NCBI RefSeq assembly: GCF_004010195.1
Contig: NC_057718.1
Location: forward strand, 92,468,560-92,488,559
From: Chiloscyllium plagiosum
Lineage: Eukaryota
DNA length: 20,000 bases
Reading direction: 5' to 3'
In this document: in pieces, positions 1-10,600 of the stretch
Position numbering within the stretch: the first letter of the stretch is position 1
How the letters are laid out: each line of letters starts with the position of its first letter
Position numbers and translations under genes: made by a program
The notes under the pieces: generated by a model
Databases searched by the model: none
What the model was told of the DNA's origin: nothing
Seen by the model: only the letters and a program-made list of their open reading frames with translations

Positions 1-140
1 TCTGCAACAATAAATACAGCTGATCATTGAGACAAAAAATTGGATTGGTACGTATTTTGGCTTATCTTCATACCAATTTGTCTGTTTCTGTTTTAGTATA
101 TTAAAGCTCAGATGATGTTTATTATTTTTGTAACTAACAG

Positions 141-218
141 AAACAAGAGCTTATCAGCTGTTAAAGCTATCGGCAATGCAGAAGAATGAGAAGGATGTTT
201 CTGATTTACATTCAGCAG
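141..218 (+). CDS. Candidate internal coding exon of an unidentified host gene (phase 1/1; xTRAYQLLKLSAMQKNEKDVSDLHSA)
   Basis: T-rich acceptor ...tttttgtaactaacag|141 and donor CAG|gtaatt at 219. 78 nt, only one frame open. Phase-compatible with 2460-2556. Protein not recognised. Confidence 0.45.
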
Positions 219-1669
219 GTAATTGCCAGTGTTTTTTTCATAAATCAATATACTAATTGTTTACAAAATTGTCCAATCAACCACGTAGCCCTTGTTTATG
301 AAAAATATTGTGGCATGGAAAGTAGTTGATTTTTGTTTTGATTCTGTGTATAAGACCAAATTGAAGTCTGCAGATAATGATACTGTTACATAAATTGCTC
401 CAATTATATTGCTTTTTTAAAAATAATCCATTTGAATTATATGTAAAGGAGCGCCTATATTCATGGGACAGTAGTGTATGGAATAAAACAGTGTTTAGCC
501 TGTATCTGAGGGGAAACCCATTTTACTTGTGTACAAAAACATTTGCCTTTCACACCCCAAGTGATTTACTTATTGTACAACACAATTTTGTTTTGACTTA
601 TTAAATGTTATAAAAATGCTGTTGATTTTCATTCAAGTTCTGTTTTGCCACTTGGTGTGATGAGAGTACTTACTATGTACTCAAATCTTGCCAGAATAAA
701 TACTCTCAGCTCTTTAAACTGTCCAAAACTGCTATGAATCTAAAAGGGTTTTCCAGGCAAGCTGCTTTGTTTTACTATGACATACTTTATTGCTACTCCT
801 CTTAAGTGTATACTTCTGATAAGTGTATACAAATAGTGGGAATCAGCTACACACTTAACTAGAGTATGTTGTAGTTATCTTTGAGAGTTTCATTAATATT
901 ATTAAACTGTGACAGGTCGAGAACTATTTTTTTTCTTTGAAATGCAAAAAAAAACTGCGATTGTCATAAGTTTTGTGGTGAAACAAATGATTACATTCTG
1001 AACTTCATGCAGCTGGTAAGAATGTTTTTATAAAAGATCAGCCTTAGGAAACAATTACAGGAATTAGTTCATGATTCCATGGAAAAACAAACTTGACTTT
1101 TACATCCTGCCCACTTGTTTATACCTTTTATGATAACAAAGAACAGATTTTGCAGTCTGGAGAGAAGGACTAGTGCGAATTAGCAGAACTGCTCCTATAT
1201 TTTAATTTTCCATTGTGTATATAAACATAAGAACCTAAAGGATATGATTACAACACAAACACTAGCAATGAACATCTTGCACTAGAACAACCCAAGATGA
1301 AAAGTGAATGATGGGAATTAACAATTACTTCACCAATATTATGAGTTGTGTAGACACATGATAAATGATCCTTTTAACGATTTTCAAGTGAATATTCCAC
1401 TACTATGTTACACGGTAAAGTCTCATTCAAAATAGTTTGATTAAACATTATTTCACTTTTAACGTTGGTAAATTCATGGAAATTATATTCTGGCTGAGCC
1501 TCATGAGATTTATTGAACTTCATTTTCTGTATCACCAGATTGGTGCCTTCCCGGCTCCCTGACCCCCAGGTCATGGCCTGTATCCTCACCCATCTCCACT
1601 TCTGACTTCCATGTTGTGACCCCATCTTCCTCCTGAACTCATCCATGTGACTCTTCTATTTTGTTTCCA

Positions 1670-1896
1670 TTCAAGATCCAGATTGAATCTGAAGCCAGAG
1701 CTCTGATATCAAAGAAGTGAGAGTTCTGATGGTGCAGAAATCTCATTGCCCTTATTGCAAGCCCCCACTGTCAATAAGGATTCAGGAGAAGGAAGCAGCA
1801 TTTTAAAAAATGGATTGTAAAAGGCTCAGTATTTCTGAATTATTTGCAATTCCACAGCATTGGAGCTCCAGCTTCAGATTGAATCTGGTTCTTGAA
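1670..1896. repeat. 34-bp imperfect inverted repeat pair (1670-1703 / 1863-1896), possible old MITE remnant
   Basis: ttcaagatccagattgaatctgaagccagagctc vs reverse complement ttcaagaaccagattcaatctgaagctggagctc: 30/34 identical. Each arm contains the palindrome cagatt-g-aatctg. Confidence 0.6.
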
Positions 1897-1912
1897 CAAA
1901 AAAATATATTCA

Positions 1913-2216
1913 GGCTGCATGGTGACTCAGTGGTTAGCACTGCTGCCTCACAGCACCAGGGTCCCAGGTTCAATTCCAGCCTCGAGTTCGCACATTCTTT
2001 CCATGTCAGCGTGGGTTTTCTCCGGGTGCTCCGGTTTCCTCCCACAGTCCAAAAATGTGCAGGTTAGGTGAATTGGCCATGCTAAATTGCCCATAGTGTT
2101 AGGTGCATTAGTCAGAGTGAAATGGGTCTGGGTGGGTTACTCTTCAGAGGGTTGGTGTGGACTGGTTGGGCCAAAGGGCCTGTTTCCACACTGTAGGGAA
2201 TCTAGTCTCATCTAAA
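1913..2216 (+). mobile_element. HE1-type tRNA-derived V-SINE (shark)
   Basis: tRNA-like head with A box (tggtgactcagtgg) and B box (ggttcaattcc). V-domain gtgggttttctccgggtgctccggtttcctcccacagtccaaa. CR1-like 3' end gggcctgtttccacactgta with a degenerate (tctaa)n tail. Short internal deletion near 1983 relative to the copy at 9303. Confidence 0.93.
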
Positions 2217-2459
2217 CACTCGGAAATTAAATAATCTAAAAAAAGGTTCCGTTAGAGGGTATAATGTTGAATATTTCTTTTTTTTTCCTGATCAGTGATG
2301 TAATACGGAACTAATGACAGTTCCAACATTCTTTCCTGTGGAAACTACATAAAACTGCTTCACATAAGTCATGATTTTTAGGAATGCAGCCCCATAACAT
2401 CAAGTAGAGAACTTAATGTATTGTGTAACTGTTTGGCCTTGTTCTTTGTGTTGTTCGAG

Positions 2460-2556
2460 GTACGAGCAAGGAGAATTGCAGCAGGAAGGCAAAAAATGAT
2501 AATGAAGTTCAAGATAATTTTGAAACTGGTTCAAGTGAAGAAAGTCCACAGTTAAG
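2460..2556 (+). CDS. Candidate internal coding exon (phase 1/2; GTSKENCSRKAKNDNEVQDNFETGSSEESPQL)
   Basis: Pyrimidine-rich tract ttgttctttgtgttgttcgag (rare GAG acceptor) and strong donor AAG|gtaagg at 2557. Purine-rich 97 nt; the only fully open frame continues that of 141-218. Confidence 0.42.
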
Positions 2557-3203
2557 GTAAGGTGATTGTAATTAAATGTAAAAATTATCATAATTATGAA
2601 TACTTTTAATTAGGAAAGCTTCATCATTGGTCACTTTTTATATGAATGTTAGGAACTGAAAAGCGTGTTATATAGTTTGACAAACATTCTGAGATGTAGT
2701 GCCTGTATTGTCAACTGAAGTATAAATCCTGGGATTCATTCTTTGGAAATGATAATTTATTTAATTATTCGCAACATCTCCCACTTGTAGAAATCAAAAC
2801 TAGTAATCACAACATTCAACAAATGTGAATTACAAACCTTGTTCCAAACACCTTTTAAAGGTGCATTTTCATGGAAGCAATGTTTTTGAATTAAATTAAT
2901 TGTTATTGTTTATACCTCTATATATGTGGTATTTGTAAGCTATTGTTGATTTACATTGTAATTGGTCAGTTTAATGAGATGTCCACCATTTAATCTGTGT
3001 ATTTAACTCACAATATCACAGCCCATAAAATCTTTTTGAAGAGTAATCTTTGCAATTTATACATATGACCCTTGATAGATTGTAGCAATCGTAATTAATA
3101 AAAAATCATACTTAAAATTCTAACAAACAAAGAATAGACTGATTTTGTACAATGGTGACAGTTGAAATTAATCTTCCTTTTCAAGTCTCTTACTCCACTG
3201 ATT

Positions 3204-3353
3204 GTGGGATGAAGCTTCGCAGTTGGAATGTAACATGAGAAAATGTGACATTATGCACTTAGGAAGTTAAAATAGAAGAGCTGAATATCATTAAAATGGA
3301 AAAAGACTGCACCACAGAGTTGGGGTGCTCATGCAGGAATAACATAAAGCTAG
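3204..3353 (+). mobile_element. Old CR1 LINE fragment A, left part (post-RT region)
   Basis: Degenerate translation QLECNMRKCDIMHLGS*NRRAEYH*NGKRL...GVLMQE*HKA matches the CR1 ORF2 motif WQMxFNxxKCxVMHxG...RDLGV. Confidence 0.75.
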
Positions 3354-3810
3354 AATCGTAGAGTCATAGAGTCCCACGGCACGGAGACAGGCCCTTTAGC
3401 CCAAACTGGTGCATGCCTACCAAAATGTCCATCAACACTAAACCCATTTCCCTGTACTTGGCCCATATCCTTCTAAACCTTTCTTATAATTGTATTTGTC
3501 CAAATGCCTTTTAAATATTGTTAATGTACCTGCCTCCACCACTTCCTTTGGCAGCTAATTAGATAAATGTACCACCCTCTGTGTAAAAAAGTTGCCCCTC
3601 AGGTTCTCTTTTATTCTTTTTTTCTCTAACCTTAAACTGATGCCTTCTAGTCTTTGATTTCCCATTCCTGGGAAAAAGATTGAGTGCATTTACCCTATAC
3701 ATGCCTCTCATGATCTTACATAATTCCATAAGATTCCCCCAATCTCCTACGCTCAAAAGAAAAAAGTCCTAGCTTGTCCAACTGCTCCCTATAACTCAGA
3801 CCATTCAGTC
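3351..3810 (-). mobile_element. HER1/CR1 LINE 3' fragment B, inserted into fragment A
   Basis: Tail repeat tagagtcatagagtc at 3359-3373. Minus-strand translation includes GNLMELCKIMRG...LFP...KTRRHQFKV (ORF2 C-terminus). A further piece, cctggcaacatctttgtaaat, lies at 4137-4160. Confidence 0.88.
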
Positions 3811-3819
3811 ATAGAGTCA

Positions 3820-4136
3820 GAGAGGCTGAATAGACTGGAGCTATTTCCTTGGAGCATCAGAGGGTGAGGGGTGACCTTATAGATGTTTACAAAATCATGA
3901 GGGGCATGAATAGGATAAATATGTTCCCTGGGTGGGGGGCAGGAGATTTAGGGTGAAAGGGGAAAGATTAAAAAGGGACCTGAGGGGCAACTATTTCACG
4001 CAAAGGGTGATTCGTGAATGGAATGAGCTGCCAGAGGAAGTGTGGAGGTTGTTACAATTACAGCACTTAAAAGGTATCAGATGGGTATATGAATAGGAAG
4101 GGTATAGAGGGATATGAGCCAAGTGCTGGCAAATGG
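3820..4136 (+). mobile_element. CR1 LINE ORF2 C-terminal segment C in inverted orientation, without its own downstream tail
   Basis: ERLNRLELF...RGDLIDVYKIMRGMNRIN...RDLRGNYFTQRVIREWNELPEEV. Closely resembles the reverse complement of about 10690-11035 and stops abruptly at gctggcaaatgg. Confidence 0.88.
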
Positions 4137-4160
4137 CCTGGCAACATCTTTGTAAATTTC

Positions 4161-4746
4161 TATATTTCAAGGGAACCGGAATATAGAAACAGAGACCTCT
4201 TGCTAAAACTCTACAACGCACTAGTCAGATCACAATAAGAATATTCTGAGCAGTTTTGGTCCCTTGATCTAAGGAAAGATATAGTGGCATTGGAGGCAGT
4301 CCAGAGAAGGTTCACAGAGTTGGGTATGGAAGAATTTTCTTGAGGAGAAATTGAATAGATTGAATTTGCGCTTGTTGAAGTTTAGAAGAATGACAGGAGA
4401 CCTTATTAAAACACCTAAGATTCTTGAGTATTTGACAGAGTTAATGCAGAGAAATTGTTTCCCCTTGTGGGAGCGTCTCGGATCAGAGGGCATAATCCCA
4501 GCAAAAGAGAGAAAATAAAGATGAGGATGAATTTTTTTCTTGCTGAGTGTGGTGAATCTGTGTAATACTTTATTGTAGAGGGCTGTGAAAGCATAACCAG
4601 AACTGCGATATAGGGATTTTTAATCAGTAAGGGAACCGAGGGTATCAGGGAAAAGGCAGGTAAATGTGTTGAGGATTATTAGATCAGTCATGAACTCATT
4701 GATTGGCAGAGCAGACTTGATGGGCGATTAAGCTATGTCTTATGTT
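4161..4746 (+). mobile_element. Old CR1 LINE fragment A, right part (ORF2 C-terminus and 3' UTR)
   Basis: EYRNRDLLLKLYNALVRSQ*EYSEQFWSP*(L)RKDIVALEAVQRRFT...RRMTGDLIKT. 3' end gatcagtcatgaactcattgattggcagagcagacttga...tcttatg. Confidence 0.85.
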
Positions 4747-5538
4747 TAAATTCATTATTTACAAAAGAATAGCATAACTCCCTGTTACATTGACCACCTT
4801 TACTTTTAACTGAAAAAAAAATTAATAGTTGATGTTGGCTTACACCACATTCCAAAGTTAAAAAGTTAAATCAAATCTTTACTATTCTTATTCTCTGTCA
4901 ATATCTATCTCTGGTAGTTAAGAATAAATTCTGTGCCATCTTTTCACCATTGTTATTATTAATTATTTTCATTCGGATAGATGGTACAAAAACAACACTC
5001 GAATTTGAACTTCTGGATACTTTGAATGGGAATGGCATTTTATTTAGGGACGGAAGTACTGCCAGTGTATGCTTCCGTAGAAACATTTAGAAAGAATTAT
5101 ACAAGTTTGTCTCTCAGGAAAAGAGTTTTACAACAGTAGAAGTGAGTAAATAGATTGTCAGTAATGGCACAAGCAAGGTTTTTCATGGATAATCAAAAGA
5201 AAGAGTTACCTTAAACCCGTGAGATTATACACCCTAGCTTGTGACAAACATGGTTTTCCACTTGATGTTTATGTTCTTATATGATCTGGTATCTTGTTTA
5301 TTTGCCTGACTCATCACTGAAAAATCCCAAAAGTTGGTGACACATTGCAAGCACCTCGCATTAGACTGCCATTCTCTTTGAAAGAATAAGCAAAGTCTAC
5401 TTAGTCTCCTCAGTGGAAGTTGTGAAAGATGATATCCTTGCATTTACCAATATTTAAATGGGCATAAACTGCATTGTACTTGCAGTGAAAGGATACATAT
5501 TAAATCCAATGATAGGCAGTACTTTGCATTCATGCTAT

Positions 5539-6280
5539 TGTTACAACACTGGGTGAACCCCTCTGCTAATTAAACCAAACATCCAGAAAAGCTCACCTTG
5601 CCTCATAATCTGCTCAAGTATGAGTAACAGAGAACTCCCAGATTACAGTATTTAAAGAAAAAATATCAATTTATTCTTTAACTCTAAAATTGAACATTAA
5701 ATAAGAACTACTTACAACTCTACGCTTTCTTTCTCCTGGCTGCTTGTTATCTGCCTCCAACTCTATAACAATACGCTGTTCCACTAACCACCCATATTAA
5801 AATTATATTAACTTAATTTTCAAAACCAGTCAGTGGCGGTCGTCTCCACTGTCCTTTCTCTGGCTGGAAATCTATCTGGGTTGTCTTCGGTCTTTTATTT
5901 TAAAGATGTTTCTTATAAAAGCGGTATCTTTGATAGAGAGTGTTTTGCTCGGTTACTCTGGTGATGGCAGTTGGTCCTCAGTCTAGCTAACTCTCAAAAT
6001 GCCAGCTTCTTTGTACCTGACATATTGGATCGTCTCATTGGTTCGATGTTGGCAAAACAGTAAAATTCAAATTTGATTGGGTTTTACTATCTTGGAGCAT
6101 AATTTAAATTAGTGAAATTCAAATTGTTGTGAAAGCACGGTGACCAAAACTCAGATACTTGTTTCGCAGCCAAATATTACATATTTTCAATTTTCACATG
6201 ACAGGTGCCTGCAAGATCTCAGTTCAAAACCACTTTCACTCTCTCTTAAAAGTACAGTACACGCCTTCGACTTCATAACA
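5539..6280 (-). mobile_element. Solo LTR (about 740 bp), probably Gypsy-type or ERV
   Basis: Termini tgtta...taaca (TG..CA with short inverted ends). AATAAA on the minus strand (tttatt near 5671). Colinear diverged second copy at 7934-8691. No PBS or PPT at the flanks. Confidence 0.72.
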
Positions 6281-7111
6281 CTGAATCTATTGACCCTTTC
6301 ACAGTGTCACTGCAAATGATTCTTGTACAAAATGTCCGCTCCCAATTAAGCAATTGTAAATAGGGAATGGTTGAGTGATATGATAACGTATACAAGAATG
6401 TGATATTTTGACAGATATGTTGTCTTGTGTAACTTTTAAAATGAGGCACAATTCAGTAGATTAAAGTTTGTCTTCAGTTAAGCTTCATTCAATTTTCTTC
6501 AACCAATACGCGATGACAATCATTTTTCACTGCTGTTAATTTCCATTTTACTCTCTGCAACACTAACAAATGTACCTGTGACATCTAGTGGGGAAACAAG
6601 GCACTGCAGAAATTTAATGTTATTCCTGTACTATATCAGATATTTAATCTTGTGTTATTAAGATCAAATCTCATCTACAATCAAAAAAGGGAAATCTGAA
6701 CAAGGCTTCAACTGGATTCAAGGGTATAATTTTATGGTAAACCTGTTTAATTTATTTCCAATTATGATTTTAGAATTGTATTTCAAACTTGTGACTGCTA
6801 CAATATTGTTACCAAGTCCAATGTCACGTTGCATATTCATTATCTCTTTCTGTACAGGTGAGCCATTTATAAGATTCTGAACAGGCTCTATACCAACTAT
6901 AGTCTGAAGTGAATACTTCTAAAATGCCTGACAATGTACGTAAAGCTAAATTAAGTGCTCCCAGAGTGGAACCGTGTTCATGTGGTGTATGAGTCAGATA
7001 ACTGAGGATATAGCATTGTGTCTCCATTAGAACTTTCTGGCAATCACCCACACTGCTTTTCAGTGTGGGTCCATTGCTGGAAACATGGCATGAGTAAATT
7101 TGCCTTGTCAC

Positions 7112-7910
7112 TGTAGTTACATGAATGAGGTCAGCCTGATGGAGCTGATAGAATATGAATACCCTGACTGGGGCTGATAACATGGTCCGATCAGGAAGTT
7201 CTGGCTGACAGATAGAAATAGGAGTGTCAGGGGTTCTGTTCACTCTAGGAGCTGATTTTGAGCAAGCTTGGTCTGTGTCATGTCCTGTGCATATGTAAAT
7301 AAAGATAGACTTGGTGATGGGATGCTAGTATTTGTCGAGTTACTTCAGTGGCGATGTAAGAAAAATGCGCCCCTGAAGAGGACCGCTCGCCGCAGTTGTC
7401 TTTGAGGTGGGATAAGCATTTTTGATATCATGCCACCATTTGACTCATTTCGATCCTGCCACTGAAAACTGGGCCCAATATATGGAAAGAATGCAATTTT
7501 TTTCCATGTAATTGACATTGGCGCAGATGAAAAGCAATGAGTAATTCTCCTGACAGCTTGTGGACCGCCACCTTTTTCAGTTATTAGGAGCCCAAGCCTT
7601 CTCTAATTCTCTAACTGGACCAGAAGCTACAGGCAAAAGAAGAGGCCTATATACCAGGACTTAGAGGAGGAAGGATGTAGTGATTAGAACGAGGTCAGTC
7701 AGGTGGACCTCATAGAATATCAGTTCCTTGATTGGGGCTGTTAACCTGAACCAATCAGGGAGCCCTGGCTGCCAGATAAAAACAGGGGTGCCAGGGTTCT
7801 GTTAAATCTCGGAGCTACCTCTGAGCTAGCTGGGTCCATGTCATGTGCTCTGAACATGTAAATAAAGGGTGTCTTGGTGATGGGATACTGGCCACTGTGG
7901 AGTTACTTCA
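7112..7910 (+). mobile_element. Internally deleted Ty3/Gypsy LTR retrotransposon (TRIM-like size): LTR 7112-7347, PBS about 7349, gag stub 7430-7592, PPT 7663-7675, LTR 7676-7910
   Basis: Two ~235-bp direct repeats tgtag...ttca, each with aataaa. PBS-like tggcgatg. Frameshifted gag start MPPFDS/FDPATENWAQYMERMQFF..ADEKQ*VILLTACG. PPT agaggaggaagga. Degenerate 5-bp TSD gtcac/gttat. Confidence 0.88.
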
Positions 7911-7933
7911 GTTATCTGTTATGCACTTCATAG

Positions 7934-8691
7934 AGTTACAACACTGCAGTGGACCCCTCTGTTAATTAAAGCAAAAACTGGGAAAAGCTCATCTTGCCTC
8001 GTAATCTGTTAATATATATGAGTGACAGAGAACTCCCAAATTCCAATATTTAAAGAAAATAATATCAATTAATTCTTTAAGTCTAAAAGTGAATAATAAA
8101 CAACAACTATTCACAGCTCGAAGCAACCCCCTTTCTCTGAACTGCTTATTATCTTCCTCCGACTCTAAAACAATACACTGTTCCAATTAAACACGTAGTA
8201 AAATTACATTAACTTAATTTCAAAACCAAAGCTGTTGTCGTTGGTGCCTGTCTTCTTGTGGATGAAGATCTCCCTTCATCATCTTCTCTCTTTTTACTGT
8301 GAAGATGTTTCATATGAAAAGGTACCTTTGATAGGGAGTATTTCGATGGCAGTTATTCACTCAATGGCAGTTACTCTGTCTGACTTTCAAACTGCCTGCC
8401 TTTTTCATACCCCCAGAATCGGATCATTGGTTCGATGTCGGCAAAAACAATATATTCAAACTCAATTGAGTTTTAATATCCTGGGGAATAATTTAAACTG
8501 GTTAAATTCAAATTATTGTCAAAATAGCAACCAACTCAGGTGTCTATTTCACTACCAAATGTTATATATTTTCAATTTTCCAGTACACTCAGACTGCCAG
8601 CTAGTCATATGGCAGGTGCTTGTAAGCTCTCAGTGCAAAACAACATTCACACTTTCTTAGAAGTATAGTACACACCTTCAACTTCAGAACA
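7934..8691 (-). mobile_element. Solo LTR, second copy of the family at 5539-6280
   Basis: Starts (a)gttacaacactg and ends accttcaacttcagaaca. Colinear with 5539-6280 (shared cagagaactccca, cattggttcgatgt, caggtgc blocks). Flanks atag/gtag fit a decayed 4-bp TSD. Confidence 0.72.
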
Positions 8692-9285
8692 GTAGCCAGT
8701 GATCCTTTATTCAACACTATTCCTAAATAATGTCACTTAAATAGCCTAAAAACGTTTTATACTGCTGTATAAAACTGAAAACATTTTAGTAATGAAAAGT
8801 AGACAAAATCACTTTGCAAGTCATAAAGTGATTAATTCTGAAATCCACAAGAGAATTCCAGAAGTAATTCCACTAAAACTTTCATTTTAGGAAATACTAC
8901 ATGCTGTATATATGCTATTGCTTTCAGCATGAAAAGAATCTGATAAATCACAATATTCCAGTCACCTTATCTAAATTGATCTTGTTCATTCTAACAACAT
9001 TTTGCAGCCATGAAGTAGGCAGTCTTCGGGCACTGATGGTACCATAACTGAAATCAGTTGTCTGGTCTGACAGTGGAGTAACCAACTTTATTTTATGCAG
9101 AGCAGGAAGTTCATTGGATGTTGGGAATAGCCATTCAATGGGAATACACGAGCAACCAAACCTTTCTGCTACAAGCAGCAGATTGTCAACCTAATATCCA
9201 TGCAGCAGATTAGAGGGCTCAGCAGACTAACTGTATCATGTTAATCATTGAACATAGTTATGCTTTGGATTTGTAATGTCTTTTG

Positions 9286-9899
9286 GAACATAAGAACTAA
9301 AAGGCGGCACGGTGGCACAGTGGTTAGCACTGCTGCCTCACAGCGCCAGAGACCCGGGTTCAATTCCCGCCTCAGGCGACTGACTGTGTGGAGTTTGCAC
9401 GTTCTCCTCGGGTCTGCGTGGGTTTCCTCCGGGTGCTCCGGTTTCCTCCCACAGTCCAAAGATGCGCAGGGTCAGGTGAATTGGCCATACTAAATTGCCC
9501 GTAGTGTTAGGTAAGGGGTAAATATAGGGGTATGGGTGGGTTTCGCTTCGGCGGGTCGGTGTGGACTTGTTGGGCCGAAGGGCCTGTTTCCACATTGTAA
9601 TCTAATCTAATCTAATCATAATCTAAACTAGGAGCAGGAGTAGGCCATCTGGCCCTTCGAGTCTGCTCCGCCATTCAATAAGATCATGGCTGATCTTTTT
9701 GTGGCCTCAGCTCCACTTACCCGCCCTCTCACTGTAATCCTAAATTCCTTTATTGTTAAAAAGAATCGATCTTAACTTTAAAAACATTTACTGAAGTAGT
9801 GTCAACTACCTCACTGGGCAGGGAATTCCATAGATTCACAACCCTCTGGGTGAAGAAGTTCCTTCTCAATTCAGTCTTAAATCTGCTCCCCCTAATTTG
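9286..9899 (-). mobile_element. CR1 LINE 3' fragment (different tail family), interrupted in its tail by a SINE
   Basis: gaacataagaact...aggagcaggagtaggccatc...ccattcaataagatcatggctgatc. Minus translation SRFKTELRRNFFTQRVVNLWNSLPSEVV. Confidence 0.85.
9303..9625 (+). mobile_element. Young full-length HE1-type V-SINE
   Basis: ggcggcacggtggcacagtggttagcactgctgcctcacagcgcc with A/B boxes, V-domain, CR1-derived 3' end and (tctaa)n tail. CpGs are retained. Candidate TSD aacta (9295-9299 / 9626-9630). Confidence 0.95.
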
Positions 9900-10600
9900 T
9901 GGGTTTTCTGAAAAACACAAATTAATAGAATACATAATGTAATGTGTTAAATCAAGTTTACTTTACCTTTGTAAGCGTACTCTATATGTGGCTTCATTCC
10001 TTTTGAATTATTAGTTCAAACCCACTTCTTCTTATAACTTTCTACTTAGTATACTTGATTTACTTGTAAACTTTAAAAATACTGCATCATTAAACCTTGT
10101 ATCTCCTTGTAAGTCAGTAATGGTTGTCCAAGGTCTCTGAAAGAATTCATTCTCTCTCTTGTGTTCTGTTAACAATTAAAGCATACATGTCTGACTACCA
10201 GTCTTATTCATGAAAATACCATTTCTATTTCTAAAGCGTCTAGCTGATTAGATTGTTGAGGTAAAAGGCAGCTGCCAACTTTCACATTTTCAGCAAAGGT
10301 TTATAGTGAAATCAGGTATTGTGCAACTAGAGTATTTCATATCCAGATTCCATTGACTTCCTGGTAAATCACAAGTGAGTGTATACAGCTGCTCCCAGTA
10401 GGGTTACTGGGTCATGCGACAATTATGGGTTTGACAGATAATTTGGAAAGTTAAATCTAGGGAGGATTGTAACAGCTGAATTTTATTGTTTTGAAGATCT
10501 TGACTGTTGAAGACCTGCCTAGAAGCTTTGATTGCTTCGTTCACATTGACCTTGCCTTTGGATCACTCTTAAATGATAGTGTTTTATTCACAGATTGTTG

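Noticed and set aside
971..1015. Possible 45-nt exon ending at donor CTG|gtaaga
   Set aside because: Weak acceptor; open only in phase 0, which is incompatible with the neighbouring phase-1 candidates.
1913..1985. tRNA-like sequence (also 9303-9372)
   Set aside because: SINE heads continuing into the V-domain and tail; not tRNA genes.
6858..6935. Good acceptor tctctttctgtacag at 6857
   Set aside because: All three frames stop within 8 codons; no support as a coding exon.
7046..7070. Perfect 10-bp hairpin acccacactg-ctttt-cagtgtgggt
   Set aside because: Isolated and short; no family or function assignable, and a terminator interpretation does not apply to vertebrate DNA.
6824..8660. ORFs of 139 aa (6824-7243) and 141 aa (8235-8660)
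   Set aside because: They overlap LTR sequence, use non-ATG starts and show no protein-like motifs; the frame is not evidently kept in the paralogous LTR copies.
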